Shown piece by piece: positions 18,306-28,416 of a stretch of DNA of 64,000 nt (positions are counted from its first letter, which is position 1; each line of letters opens with the position of its first letter). The stretch covers positions 22,648-86,647 of the forward strand of contig PBEM01000012.1 of assembly GCA_002718415.1 (NCBI GenBank). The letters run 5' to 3'. Position numbers and translations under genes: made by a program. Under the pieces are notes generated by a model. It made no database searches. It was given only the letters and a program-made list of their open reading frames with translations, and was not told the DNA's origin. The stretch comes from Chloroflexota bacterium. GTDB lineage: Bacteria > Chloroflexota > Dehalococcoidia > Lucifugimonadales > Lucifugimonadaceae.

Positions 18306-20432
18306 ATGAGAGAAATAATTAACAAGAAATTAACATTTAAATATTTATACACATTAATTTCAATAATCTTGTTTGTAACTGCAATAACAATCTCCCGTGA
18401 GTATACTTATAAAATATTAGGTGCCTCGGTAATTATTATATTCCCCTTTTTCATAAGTTTGTTTTATATGCTTATATTTCAATTTAAAACAGTAGTCAAA
18501 ACTTGGAAAATTTTAACTTTAATTTTTTTTATTTGTATTTCAATTATTACATTTATGGGTCTAACATCTCCTATTAATTTATATGGTGTAGAAATTAATA
18601 GTATAGGGGGAGATCTTTCAATATTAATGGCAAGGGAACCTTTCTATTGGAATCAATATGACTACTCATATTTTCATATAATTCAACTATTTATTAGAGG
18701 TCTATTTCTAATAATTATAGGATTGTTTATTATTTACCCAAAATTTTTCCTTAAAATTATAAAAAAATTGATGAAAATTTCAAACTTAATCTTATCTGCA
18801 TCTACAGTAAATAAAATTTATCAGTTGAAAAATTTTATTTCTCAACTGATAAATTCAATAAATAGCAATCCAAAATTAGTAAAAAACAATAAAGATGAAG
18901 TGAAAATCTCAAAAAAAAATACTGAAAATACTTCTCCTATTAAAGAAAATGATTCCCAAATATGGAATAACTCCCCAGAAATTAAAGCTCCCAAAAATGA
19001 ATATACATCTGCAATTAAATTTAACTGGAAACTTCCTGATAAAAATATATTAGAAATAGCTCCCCTACAAGGAGTAAGCCAATCAGAGATTACTGAAACA
19101 AAAAACTTAATTGAAAAATCATTAGATCAATATGGAATAGATGTATCAGTCGATTCAGAAGATGTTAAATCTGGACCCACTGTTACTATGTATGGCGTAA
19201 AACCTGGATGGAAAGGAGATCAAAAATCAGGAGCTCAAAGAGTTAGAGTAGATACTATACTTAATAGAGAAAAAGATTTGGCACTTGCACTAGCATCCCC
19301 AAGTTTAAGATTTGAAGCTCCTGTTCCTGGAGAATCAGTAGTAGGAATTGAAGTTCCTAATAAAAAACCTCAAAAAGTTACAATAAGATCAGTTACTGAT
19401 TCTGTACAGTGGAAAAAATTTACTAAAGACTCTGCACTACCTGTTCCATTAGGAATAGGAACTGATGGAAACCCAATAATGTGTGATCTAGCTAAGATGC
19501 CTCATACTTTAATTGCCGGATCCACTGGTTCAGGAAAAAGTGTTTGTATGAACGCAATAATAACTGGATTATTAATGACATTAAATCCCACACAAGTAAG
19601 AATGATTATGTTAGATCCTAAAAGAGTTGAGTTAACACCATATCAAGGTATACCACATCTTTATAATCCTGTAGTAGTAGAAACTGAAAGAGCAATAATT
19701 ATACTTAAATCTCTAGTTACTGAAATGATGGATAGATTTAAATTATTAGAAGTAGCAGGAGTGAAAAATATTAGTTCTTATAATGCTAAAACCAATCAAA
19801 GAATGCCTTATCTTGTAGTATTAGTAGATGAATTAGCAGACTTAATGTTAACTGCTGCAGGCGAAATTGAAAGACTCTTAGTTAGATTAGCGCAATTAGG
19901 AAGAGCAACTGGTGTACATTTAGTAGTAGCTACACAAAGACCATCGGTCGATGTTGTAACAGGATTAATTAAAGCAAATTTTCCAAGTAGAATATCTTTT
20001 TCCGTAATGTCTCAAATAGATTCAAGAACTATATTAGATTCACCTGGTGCAGAAAAACTGCTAGGAAAGGGAGATATGTTATATCTTCCTGTTGATAGAG
20101 CAAAACCTACAAGAATTCAAGGTGTAATGCTTACAGACGTAGAAATAGAAAAAATAGTACAACATTGGAAAAATCAATCTGGTCCAGATCTACCTGAATT
20201 ATCAATAAATCCTATCGAAGACAGCCCTGATTTTGATATATCTGATACTAGCGATGACTCTTTATACAATAATGCTCTTCAACTAACTGAATCACAAAGG
20301 ACATTATCTGTTTCTTTATTGCAAAGAAGATTAAGGATTGGATACCCTAGGGCAGCAAGATTAATGGACGAGTTAGAAGAAAATGGAGTAGTTGGACCTG
20401 GAGATGGAGGAAAACCAAGGCAAGTATTATAA
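18306..20432 (+). CDS. ftsK: DNA translocase FtsK
   Basis: N-terminal TM segments, then a motor domain (GSTGSGKS Walker A, VLVDELADLM Walker B) and a gamma domain (LLQRRLRIGYPRAARLMDELEENGVVGP). ATG 18306 is preferred over the track's TTG 18288, which overlaps rnj. Confidence 0.9.
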   Translation: MREIINKKLTFKYLYTLISIILFVTAITISREYTYKILGASVIIIFPFFISLFYMLIFQFKTVVKTWKILTLIFFICISIITFMGLTSPINLYGVEINSIGGDLSILMAREPFYWNQYDYSYFHIIQLFIRGLFLIIIGLFIIYPKFFLKIIKKLMKISNLILSASTVNKIYQLKNFISQLINSINSNPKLVKNNKDEVKISKKNTENTSPIKENDSQIWNNSPEIKAPKNEYTSAIKFNWKLPDKNILEIAPLQGVSQSEITETKNLIEKSLDQYGIDVSVDSEDVKSGPTVTMYGVKPGWKGDQKSGAQRVRVDTILNREKDLALALASPSLRFEAPVPGESVVGIEVPNKKPQKVTIRSVTDSVQWKKFTKDSALPVPLGIGTDGNPIMCDLAKMPHTLIAGSTGSGKSVCMNAIITGLLMTLNPTQVRMIMLDPKRVELTPYQGIPHLYNPVVVETERAIIILKSLVTEMMDRFKLLEVAGVKNISSYNAKTNQRMPYLVVLVDELADLMLTAAGEIERLLVRLAQLGRATGVHLVVATQRPSVDVVTGLIKANFPSRISFSVMSQIDSRTILDSPGAEKLLGKGDMLYLPVDRAKPTRIQGVMLTDVEIEKIVQHWKNQSGPDLPELSINPIEDSPDFDISDTSDDSLYNNALQLTESQRTLSVSLLQRRLRIGYPRAARLMDELEENGVVGPGDGGKPRQVL

Positions 20433-20463
20433 TGATTTATCAAAATAATAATTAATTAAATAA

Positions 20464-22236
20464 ATGACAAATAAAAATTCCGACTTAGAAAAAAAAATTG
20501 ATTCTATAGGAGATTTAATCGATCTACAAAAACTACATAACAATTGTATAGTTTGTGATCATGAAATAATAAATTCTAATTTATATAAAAGATTTAGAAT
20601 TTGCCCTTCCTGTAGATATCATTATACAACCACTCTAAGAAGAAAAATTGCAATCATATCTGATAGAGGATCATTTCGGGAAATAAATAAATGGATAGAA
20701 TCAAGAAATACTACCGATTTCTCACCTAAAAACTCATACAAAGAAAGATTCACTAATGACAAAAAGAGAACGAATCTTAATGAAGCTGTTATTACAGGAG
20801 AATGTTTGATAGGTGGTAACAGATCGGTATTAATAATTTTAGATTCAAGTTTTCTCGGAGGCACTATGGGTTTGGTAGTAGGAGAAAAGATATCTTTAGC
20901 ATTAGAATACGCAGGAAAAAATAAACTTCCAGCTGTAGGAATAATTACTTCTTCTGGAAAGAGGTTTCAAGATGGTATATTATCTCTACATCAAATGGCA
21001 AAAACTGTAATATCTACAAAATCAGTCAAAAAAAACAATAATCCTTTCATTGTAATACTTGGTAACCCTTGTACAGGACCTGTTTTTTCAAGTTTTGCTT
21101 CAATGGCAGATATTATTTTTTCAGAGCCAAAAGCACATTTAGGATTTGCTTCACTAGGTGAATTACGTGAAGTTGAAAACAACCATATATATGAAGATCA
21201 TTTATCAGAATTTTACTTAGATAACGGTCAAATAGATAAAATTATTGAAAGACATGAAATAAAAAATGAAATTACAACGATTTTATCTTTAATATCAACA
21301 AATTTATTACTCAAATCTAAACAAAAATACAATAATAAAAAATTTGTTAAAAAAAACCCAAAACAAACAATTAATATAGCCAGAAATAGAAAACGTCCAA
21401 CTTCAAAATATTACTTAAAAAATTTATTTACAAATTTTGTAGAACTTCATGGAGATAGAATTTCTAACGAGGATAAATCAATCATTTTAGGTTTAGGTAA
21501 AATCTCTGGGCAGACTGTAGTAATAGCAGCACAAGAAAAATCTTTTCTACTCGAAAATAAAAAATATACCATGGGGGAAATTACTCCGTCTGGTTTCAGA
21601 AAAGCAATAAGAGGTGCTAAATTAGCTGAATCATTAAATTTATGTTTTATAACACTAATTGACTCTTTAGGACCCCAAATAGGTACTTTAAATGAAAAAC
21701 AAGGATTAGCTAGTTCAATTTCTAACTGTATAAATGAAATATCAAATATAAATGTTCCATCAATATCAATAATTATTGGAGAAGGAATATCTGAATCTGC
21801 TATAGCATTTAGTGTTACTGATAGAACATTAATGATGGAAAATTCTATCTATGCATCTGTAAAACCAGAAGCAGCAGCAAAAATAGAAACAAATGAAATA
21901 GAAGGGATAGATGATATTGCTAATGCTCTTAAATTAACAGCTTTAGATTGTAAAAAAATAGGAGTAATAGATGAAATAATACAAGAACCAATAAAAGGTG
22001 CTCATGATAATCCAAAAGAAACTATCAAATTAGTAGAAAAATCATTAATTTATGAGCTTTCAAATCTAAATAAAATAAGTTCATATTCTTTAGTGAAAAA
22101 TAGATATAATAAAATTAGAAATACTGGAGAATATTCTAATAAATATAAGTCGAATTTTATTAAAGAAATAAATTACTTAGGTAAAGGAATAAAAAATAGT
22201 ATTCAGTCTTTTCGAATAAAAAAAGATTCTAAATAA
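20464..22236 (+). CDS. accDA: Fused acetyl-CoA carboxylase carboxyltransferase beta-alpha (AccD-AccA), divergent
   Basis: 590 aa. An N-terminal AccD zinc ribbon (CIVC...CPSC) and an AccD core (FLGGTMG, SEPKAHLGF) are followed by an AccA-like half (RPTSKYYL...FVELHGDR...PSGFRKA...IIGEG). Confidence 0.75.
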   Translation: MTNKNSDLEKKIDSIGDLIDLQKLHNNCIVCDHEIINSNLYKRFRICPSCRYHYTTTLRRKIAIISDRGSFREINKWIESRNTTDFSPKNSYKERFTNDKKRTNLNEAVITGECLIGGNRSVLIILDSSFLGGTMGLVVGEKISLALEYAGKNKLPAVGIITSSGKRFQDGILSLHQMAKTVISTKSVKKNNNPFIVILGNPCTGPVFSSFASMADIIFSEPKAHLGFASLGELREVENNHIYEDHLSEFYLDNGQIDKIIERHEIKNEITTILSLISTNLLLKSKQKYNNKKFVKKNPKQTINIARNRKRPTSKYYLKNLFTNFVELHGDRISNEDKSIILGLGKISGQTVVIAAQEKSFLLENKKYTMGEITPSGFRKAIRGAKLAESLNLCFITLIDSLGPQIGTLNEKQGLASSISNCINEISNINVPSISIIIGEGISESAIAFSVTDRTLMMENSIYASVKPEAAAKIETNEIEGIDDIANALKLTALDCKKIGVIDEIIQEPIKGAHDNPKETIKLVEKSLIYELSNLNKISSYSLVKNRYNKIRNTGEYSNKYKSNFIKEINYLGKGIKNSIQSFRIKKDSK

Positions 22237-22972
22237 AAAATTCTTTTATTACATCTAAGAGTCCATTATCATCTACAGTACCTACGACTAAATCAGCATT
22301 TTCTTTTACTTCTTTAGTTGACTGTCCCATAGCTACAGAAATACCAACAGTTTTAAACATAGAAATATCATTTAATCCATCTCCTACTGCAACAAAATTT
22401 TTAGGATCGAACCCTAAAATTTTACATAAGTTAAAAACTCCTGATCCTTTATCAACTCCCTTCTTAGTAAGATTTATATACCATTCATTTTTACTTCCTA
22501 TAGAAACATCAGCCGATATTAGACGATTGGAAAATTTATCTTTTAATTCTTCAACTTCTAAAACACTAGAAAGACGTATAGTAATGGAAGTAATACTTGT
22601 AAAGTCTACATTTTCAAGAGTATGCAATAATTTACCTGACTGTCCTATAAAAAAAGATTTATTTAAAAAATCAATTTGATTTAGAATTTTTTTAGTTTCA
22701 TTACTATCTATATATGCCTCATAAATCACTACATCATTGATAGGATCAAATATTTTAGCTCCATTATCTGAAATTTGAGGAAAAGATAAATTCAATAATT
22801 TTGCATAATAAGAAACCCCTTCACGCATTCTTCCTGAACAAATAATTATCGGGATATTTTTTTTAGCTAAAGATCTTAACGAATTAACTACTTTAGTATT
22901 AGGAATATCTGAATAAGGTAGTAATGTACCATCTAAATCTATTATCAGGCCAACTGGTATTATTTTTCCCAT
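22229..22972 (-). CDS. HAD-superfamily Cof-type phosphatase
   Basis: 247 aa. DLDGTL motif I, a central cap domain, and GDGLNDISM motif IV. Confidence 0.8.
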   Translation of the reverse strand: MGKIIPVGLIIDLDGTLLPYSDIPNTKVVNSLRSLAKKNIPIIICSGRMREGVSYYAKLLNLSFPQISDNGAKIFDPINDVVIYEAYIDSNETKKILNQIDFLNKSFFIGQSGKLLHTLENVDFTSITSITIRLSSVLEVEELKDKFSNRLISADVSIGSKNEWYINLTKKGVDKGSGVFNLCKILGFDPKNFVAVGDGLNDISMFKTVGISVAMGQSTKEVKENADLVVGTVDDNGLLDVIKEFFI

Positions 22973-23108
22973 ATCTAGAAATTTGTTCTTTTTTATATAA
23001 AATTCTTTGAAAAATAAATTACATTTTTCAAATGAAATCGTATAAGCTAAAATAAAATTATATTATGAATTTAATTCAAAATCACATAAAGAAGTATTAT
23101 TAAATATT

Positions 23109-23885
23109 ATGAAAGATTTATTAAGTATAGATGGTAAAACGTTTAAATCACGTTTAATGACAGGAACTGGTAAGCACCGAAGTATTAAAGATTTAATAGA
23201 GTCAGTAGAATTATCTGAAACAGAAATAATTACAGTTGCAATTAGAAGACTTAATCTTGATAATCCAAATCAAAAAACCATTCTTGATCATTTAGATTGG
23301 AATAAATATCAAATTTTACCTAACACAGCAGGTTCTACCACATCTGAAGAAGCTATATTTTGTGCAAAATTAGCAAGAGAAGTAACTGGTTCTAACTGGG
23401 TAAAAATTGAAGTCATCCCAGACAGTAAATATCTTTTACCCGACCCTATTGGTACAGTAGAGACTGCAAAAGTATTAATCAATGAAGGTTTCACATGTTT
23501 ACCTTATATAGGCGCTGATCCAGTACTTGCAAAAAGATTAGAAGACTTAGGTTGTGCTACTGTAATGCCACTTGGATCTCCTATAGGATCTGGTAAGGGA
23601 GTAACAACTAAAGAAGAAATTCAAATTATTATAGAAAATTCATCTATACCCGTAGTTATAGATGCAGGTTTAGGAGTCCCTTCTGATGCATCTTTAGTTA
23701 TGGAAATGGGAGCTGATGCAGTACTTGTTAATACTGCAATAGCTCAAGCACAAAATCCGGGACTAATGGGTAAGGCATTTAAAGAAGGTGTCACTGCAGG
23801 ACGAAATGCATTTTTAGCTGGACGTATTCCGATTATTGATTCTGCTTCTCCAAGTAGCCCTACAGCAGGAACTATTAATTCATAG
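23109..23885 (+). CDS. thiG: Thiazole synthase
   Basis: 258 aa. [29 protein letters not shown] and AVLVNTAIA. Confidence 0.9.
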   Translation: MKDLLSIDGKTFKSRLMTGTGKHRSIKDLIESVELSETEIITVAIRRLNLDNPNQKTILDHLDWNKYQILPNTAGSTTSEEAIFCAKLAREVTGSNWVKIEVIPDSKYLLPDPIGTVETAKVLINEGFTCLPYIGADPVLAKRLEDLGCATVMPLGSPIGSGKGVTTKEEIQIIIENSSIPVVIDAGLGVPSDASLVMEMGADAVLVNTAIAQAQNPGLMGKAFKEGVTAGRNAFLAGRIPIIDSASPSSPTAGTINS

Positions 23886-23888
23886 TAA

Positions 23889-24512
23889 ATGAATAAATTA
23901 CCACAAAAAATTCTTTGTTTTGTTACTCCATATTTACCCAAACAGGAAAAATATAATGCTTTTCTTGAATTTACAAAATATGCTATCGACGGCGGAGTAA
24001 ATATGATCCAAATTAGAGACAAAAACACTGCAATAAATCTATTAGAAAAATTTTCAGAAAAAATTTATCAAATTGCTGGAAATGAAATATGTATAATGAT
24101 AAATTCAAAATTTCCTTCTCTTTCATCACATATTTCAGGAACTCATTTTCCTGAAGAAATAAATATTTCTAAATTTTCATCGTTACCAAAAAATAAATTA
24201 TATGGACAATCTGTACATAGTATAAATTCAGCAATAAATTCAGAAAAAAATAAATTAGATTATATTATCGCAGGAAGCGTATTTAAATCTCATTCACATC
24301 CTAATGGAATTTATTCTGGGACAAAATTAATAAAAAATATTTCAAATAAAACAAACATCCCAATTATTGCTATAGGGGGTATAACGGAACAAAATGCAGA
24401 ATCTGTAATTGAATCAGGAGCTGATGGGATAGCATTAATTTCTGAAATTACGAAAAATAAAAATCCTTATAATATTACAAAATCTTTATCCAAAATCATT
24501 GGGATAAGATAA
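23889..24512 (+). CDS. thiE: Thiamine-phosphate synthase
   Basis: 207 aa TMP-TENI fold (GVNMIQIRDK, IIAIGGI). It sits between thiG and thiS. Confidence 0.8.
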   Translation: MNKLPQKILCFVTPYLPKQEKYNAFLEFTKYAIDGGVNMIQIRDKNTAINLLEKFSEKIYQIAGNEICIMINSKFPSLSSHISGTHFPEEINISKFSSLPKNKLYGQSVHSINSAINSEKNKLDYIIAGSVFKSHSHPNGIYSGTKLIKNISNKTNIPIIAIGGITEQNAESVIESGADGIALISEITKNKNPYNITKSLSKIIGIR

Positions 24513-24530
24513 TAAATATATAATACGAAT

Positions 24531-24731
24531 ATGATTATTAAATTAAATGGAAAAAATCAATCATTTAACGATGATATTTCTGTTTCTGAATTACTTGATG
24601 ATATAAAACTTTCTTTATCTTCAATTGCAATCGCCATTAATGGTAATATTATTCCAAAAAATGAATACAAAAAAACTAAATTAAAAGATATGGATACTGT
24701 AGAAATTGTACGGCCTGTTGGCGGTGGATAA
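24531..24731 (+). CDS. thiS: Sulfur carrier protein ThiS
   Basis: 66 aa, ubiquitin-like size. It ends in the C-terminal Gly-Gly expected for ThiS (VEIVRPVGGG). Confidence 0.8.
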   Translation: MIIKLNGKNQSFNDDISVSELLDDIKLSLSSIAIAINGNIIPKNEYKKTKLKDMDTVEIVRPVGGG

Positions 24732-24780
24732 TATTTGTATTTATATATTTATAAATTAATATAAAAAAAGACATAATATA

Positions 24781-25923
24781 ATGAAAATTAAAAATGTAAC
24801 CCCACTAATGATAGATCAATATTTATTAGTAAAAATTGAAACAGACAATGGTTTAGTTGGTATAGGAGAGTCTGGAGCATGGGGATTTTTAGAAGCTTCA
24901 GCATCCGCAATAACAAAATTCTCTGATTATTTACTTGGTAAAAATCCATTACTAATTGAACACCACTGGCAATATATGTACAGATTTTCTCATTTTAGAG
25001 GATCAGCAATAATGGGAGCCCTTAGCGCTATTGATATTGCATTATGGGACATTATGGGTAAACATTTCCAAGTTCCTGTCTATCAATTATTAGGAGGTAA
25101 AGTTAGAGATAAAGCTAGAGTATATTACCATGTTTTTGGTAATACAAAAGAAAAATTAATTTCTGGCATTATACAAGCAAAAAAAGATGGATTTACAGCA
25201 GTAGGACATCTAACTCCATTTTTAGATGAAAATAGAAACGAAAGATATTTTAAAACTCATGCAGATAAAATAGATGATGCAATAGAAACAGTAAAGAATT
25301 ATAGAGAAGCTGTTGGTAATGACGTAGATTTGTGTATAGAAATACATCGAAGATTAACTCCTACTGAAGCGGTCCAACTAGGTCGAGGAATAGAAAAATT
25401 TAATCCTTTCTTTTTTGAAGATCCAATAACACCTGATAATTTTGATGAAATGGCATACGTAGCAGATAAAATTAACATTCCTATAGCAACAGGAGAAAGA
25501 TTTACTTCAATGTGGGAATTCCAAATGTCATTATCAAGAAATTCAGTCCAATATGTTAGACCTGATGTTTGTTTAGTTGGAGGTATATCTGGAGCAAAAA
25601 AAATTGCATCTCTTGCAGAAGCTAACCATGTAGGTGTTGTTCCACATAACCCTCTGTCTCCTGTCTCTACAGCAGCATGCCTACAAATTGCAGCCTCAAT
25701 ACCTAATTTTGCTCTTCAAGAATATCCTATAGGTGAACATATCCCTCCTAAATCGAAAATGGTTTCAGATGCTCCTATACATGATGGAAAAGGTTATTTA
25801 CTATTACCTACTAAACCAGGTATTGGTGTAAGTCTAAAAGATACAGCTGTAAAAGACTGTCCTACAGTAGTAAGAGAAGTCGAAACTCGTTTACATGAAG
25901 ATGGATCTGTTATAGATCAATAA
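24781..25923 (+). CDS. Enolase-superfamily acid-sugar dehydratase (galactonate/mannonate dehydratase-like)
   Basis: 380 aa. N-terminus MKIKNVTP...LLVKIETDNGLVGIGE resembles DgoD-type dehydratases, with a barrel region IPIATGERF. Confidence 0.8.
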   Translation: MKIKNVTPLMIDQYLLVKIETDNGLVGIGESGAWGFLEASASAITKFSDYLLGKNPLLIEHHWQYMYRFSHFRGSAIMGALSAIDIALWDIMGKHFQVPVYQLLGGKVRDKARVYYHVFGNTKEKLISGIIQAKKDGFTAVGHLTPFLDENRNERYFKTHADKIDDAIETVKNYREAVGNDVDLCIEIHRRLTPTEAVQLGRGIEKFNPFFFEDPITPDNFDEMAYVADKINIPIATGERFTSMWEFQMSLSRNSVQYVRPDVCLVGGISGAKKIASLAEANHVGVVPHNPLSPVSTAACLQIAASIPNFALQEYPIGEHIPPKSKMVSDAPIHDGKGYLLLPTKPGIGVSLKDTAVKDCPTVVREVETRLHEDGSVIDQ

Positions 25924-25942
25924 TAATTATAAGGGTAAATTT

Positions 25943-26689
25943 ATGATTGAAAATACAATAATAAAAGCTAATAATACTGGAAGAAAAGCTGCAGTCTTTA
26001 CTCTAGATTTCCCATCATTACACCTAGTAGAGCTTGCGGCTCATGTAGGTTTTGATGCTGTGCATATAGATGGAGAACATGGTTACTTCCCTACAGAAGC
26101 TATTGATAATATATGTCGGGTTGCAAATGGATATAATATGAGCGTAACTGCACGGGTTCCGGATTCAACTCCATATTGGGTAAATTTATTCCTAGATAGA
26201 GGTGTTCAAGGTATTACAGGACCTCATATTAACAATGCTGAAGAAGCGCAAAATCTCTCAGATGCATGTCTATTTCCTCCACATGGTAAAAGATCATGGG
26301 GTGGAGGTCGAGGTACAGAATTCGATGACATAATATTATTGGAAAAAAAGTATGGTGGAAAATTAGAATTTGCTAAGTGGACTAATTCAAATATGTTGGT
26401 TTGGGCTCAAATTGAATCCAAAATAGCTTGGGAAAATTTAAATAATATATTAGATGTCGAAGGATTGACAGGTATTACAGGTGGACCAAATGATTTAGCT
26501 GCTTCGCTTGGACATCCTGGAGAACCAGATCATAAAGAAAGAATAAGAATAACTGATGATGCAGAAAATAGAACAAGAAAAGCAGGTAAACTTGTAGCAT
26601 CAGATACTTTTAGTGCTGTAGATATACGTCAACTTATGTTTACCTATTCTAGAGAATTGTTAAATAAAATAAAAAAAGAGAAGATTTAA
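25943..26689 (+). CDS. HpcH/HpaI-family 2-keto-3-deoxy-acid aldolase
   Basis: 248 aa. GFDAVHIDGEHG, VTARVP, LFPPHGKRS, QIES and GPNDLAASLG match the class II pyruvate-aldolase family. Confidence 0.75.
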   Translation: MIENTIIKANNTGRKAAVFTLDFPSLHLVELAAHVGFDAVHIDGEHGYFPTEAIDNICRVANGYNMSVTARVPDSTPYWVNLFLDRGVQGITGPHINNAEEAQNLSDACLFPPHGKRSWGGGRGTEFDDIILLEKKYGGKLEFAKWTNSNMLVWAQIESKIAWENLNNILDVEGLTGITGGPNDLAASLGHPGEPDHKERIRITDDAENRTRKAGKLVASDTFSAVDIRQLMFTYSRELLNKIKKEKI

Positions 26690-26745
26690 TTACTTGTATT
26701 TTATAAATGAAATATTCCTTTTTTATATTACTAATGTGAAAAAAT

Positions 26746-27207
26746 ATGAAAAATAATTATACTTTTATATCTAAAAATAAAGAATTATTTATCAATATCT
26801 CAACAAATACAATACGTCATTCAAATTATGATGAATCATCTGATTTTTTTTTAACCGATATAATTTCAATTAAAACTACTAACAAACAAAAAAAGAGTAA
26901 ATCTCTTTTTTTAGGATTTATAGGAATAATTTCAATACCTATTTTATTACAGATAATATTTAATCCAATAATAGCTTACAGCTTTTCAGTAGTAGTACTT
27001 TTGGCATCAATCTTTTTATTAGTAAACCATTTCAAAAAACCAAAAAACTTATTAGTAACTTTTCATACAAATAATCCAAAGGTTTTTATAAAGATTGATC
27101 TCAACAAAAAAGAAATAAAAGAAATAAAAGAAATAATTAATAATGTAAAAAATCTACATCCTATGAGTAAATCACCAGTACCGTTACGTAATAAATTAAA
27201 CTTATAA
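26746..27207 (+). CDS. Hypothetical membrane protein
   Basis: 153 aa. Two central hydrophobic helices (LFLGFIGIISIPILLQIIF; IAYSFSVVVLLASIFLLV). I recognise no family. Confidence 0.4.
   Translation: MKNNYTFISKNKELFINISTNTIRHSNYDESSDFFLTDIISIKTTNKQKKSKSLFLGFIGIISIPILLQIIFNPIIAYSFSVVVLLASIFLLVNHFKKPKNLLVTFHTNNPKVFIKIDLNKKEIKEIKEIINNVKNLHPMSKSPVPLRNKLNL
27109..27135 (+). repeat. In-frame 9-bp tandem repeat x3
   Basis: aaagaaata x3, encoding KEIKEIKEI in the hypothetical membrane protein. Confidence 0.85.
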
Positions 27208-27209
27208 AT

Positions 27210-28253
27210 TTAAATTCTTAGACTCGGTAAAATATCTAATGACATATCACTTACCTTACCTCGTTTAAAATTATTTAATCCTGCCATAGCTATCATTACC
27301 CCATTATCTGTACAAAGATTAATTGGTGGAATTGATACAGGTAAATGAGAATTTGATAATAATTGATCTCTTAATACTTTATTAGCAGCAACCCCTCCAA
27401 CAAGAACAATTCCTTTACAGTTAAATTTATCAGCTGCTCTAATTGTTTTAGTAACTAAAACGTCCACGACAGAATCTTGAAAAGCTCTAGAAATACTAGA
27501 TTGTATATCTTCCTTAGGAAAAATCTTTTTATTTGGAGGATAGAATCCTAATTCTTTAGATCTATTAATTACTGCAGTCTTAATTCCACTAAAAGAAAAA
27601 TCATCAGTTCCTGCAATCCAAGATCTTGGGAAAGTATCTATTTTTTCTGTTGCTAATTCAGACATTCTTTGAATTTCTGGCCCACCAGGATAATTTAATC
27701 CAATAACCCTCGCCACTTTATCAAATGCTTCTCCAGCAGCATCATCTCTAGTTTCTCCGATTATATTAAATTCACCAATATCTTCCATTAAAATAAGCTC
27801 TGTATGCCCACCTGAAACTAATAAACACATAATTTTATTCTCTTTATTAACTTGTTCCTGAAATGGCATAGGAGAATAAGATTTATTCTTAATCCAAGCA
27901 GCATATATATGACCTTCAAGATGATTTACACCTACTAATGGTATGTCTAATGAACTTGCAAGCCCTTTAGCATAATTCAATCCTACAATTAATGATCCTG
28001 CTAATCCTGGTCCATATGTAACTGCAACTACGTCTATATCACCTAAATCTAAATTAGCATTATTAAAAGCCAAAGAAGTAGTATTTCCTATATCTAAAAT
28101 ATGTTGCCTCGAAGCAATTTCCGGAATAATTCCTCCATATTTCGAATGTATCTCTGCTTGAGATGCAACTATATTTGCAATTTGATTACCTTGACCATCT
28201 ACTATTCCTACAGCTGTTTCATCACAACTAGTTTCTATTCCTAATACTAACAT
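27210..28253 (-). CDS. tsaD: tRNA N6-adenosine threonylcarbamoyltransferase TsaD
   Basis: 347 aa. LGIETSCDETAVGIV, VNHLEGH and VSGGHT. Confidence 0.95.
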   Translation of the reverse strand: MLVLGIETSCDETAVGIVDGQGNQIANIVASQAEIHSKYGGIIPEIASRQHILDIGNTTSLAFNNANLDLGDIDVVAVTYGPGLAGSLIVGLNYAKGLASSLDIPLVGVNHLEGHIYAAWIKNKSYSPMPFQEQVNKENKIMCLLVSGGHTELILMEDIGEFNIIGETRDDAAGEAFDKVARVIGLNYPGGPEIQRMSELATEKIDTFPRSWIAGTDDFSFSGIKTAVINRSKELGFYPPNKKIFPKEDIQSSISRAFQDSVVDVLVTKTIRAADKFNCKGIVLVGGVAANKVLRDQLLSNSHLPVSIPPINLCTDNGVMIAMAGLNNFKRGKVSDMSLDILPSLRI

Positions 28254-28416
28254 CTAAAAATTTTACTTATTTATCTTCAAAACTCAACATATATATAGTG
28301 AAATATTATTATAGTTTTCAATTTCCTCCTGTAATATTGTAGTTGTCACTTATTAAATCAATAACTTACAAGTGACGTTTATTTTAAATATTAATTGGAA
28401 ATATGGAGGAAGTAGA

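Noticed and set aside
22973-23108. TPP (THI-box) riboswitch upstream of thiG-thiE-thiS.
   Set aside because: The 136-nt leader is almost pure A/T. It lacks the conserved CUGAGA and the GC-containing pyrophosphate-sensor helix elements of the THI-box. No riboswitch can be supported.
28372-28416. GTG-initiated N-terminal extension (MTFILNINWKYGGSR) of the zinc-ribbon ORF.
   Set aside because: The strong GGAGGA at 28405-28410 lies inside this extension, at ideal spacing for TTG 28417. The extension is probably 5' leader.
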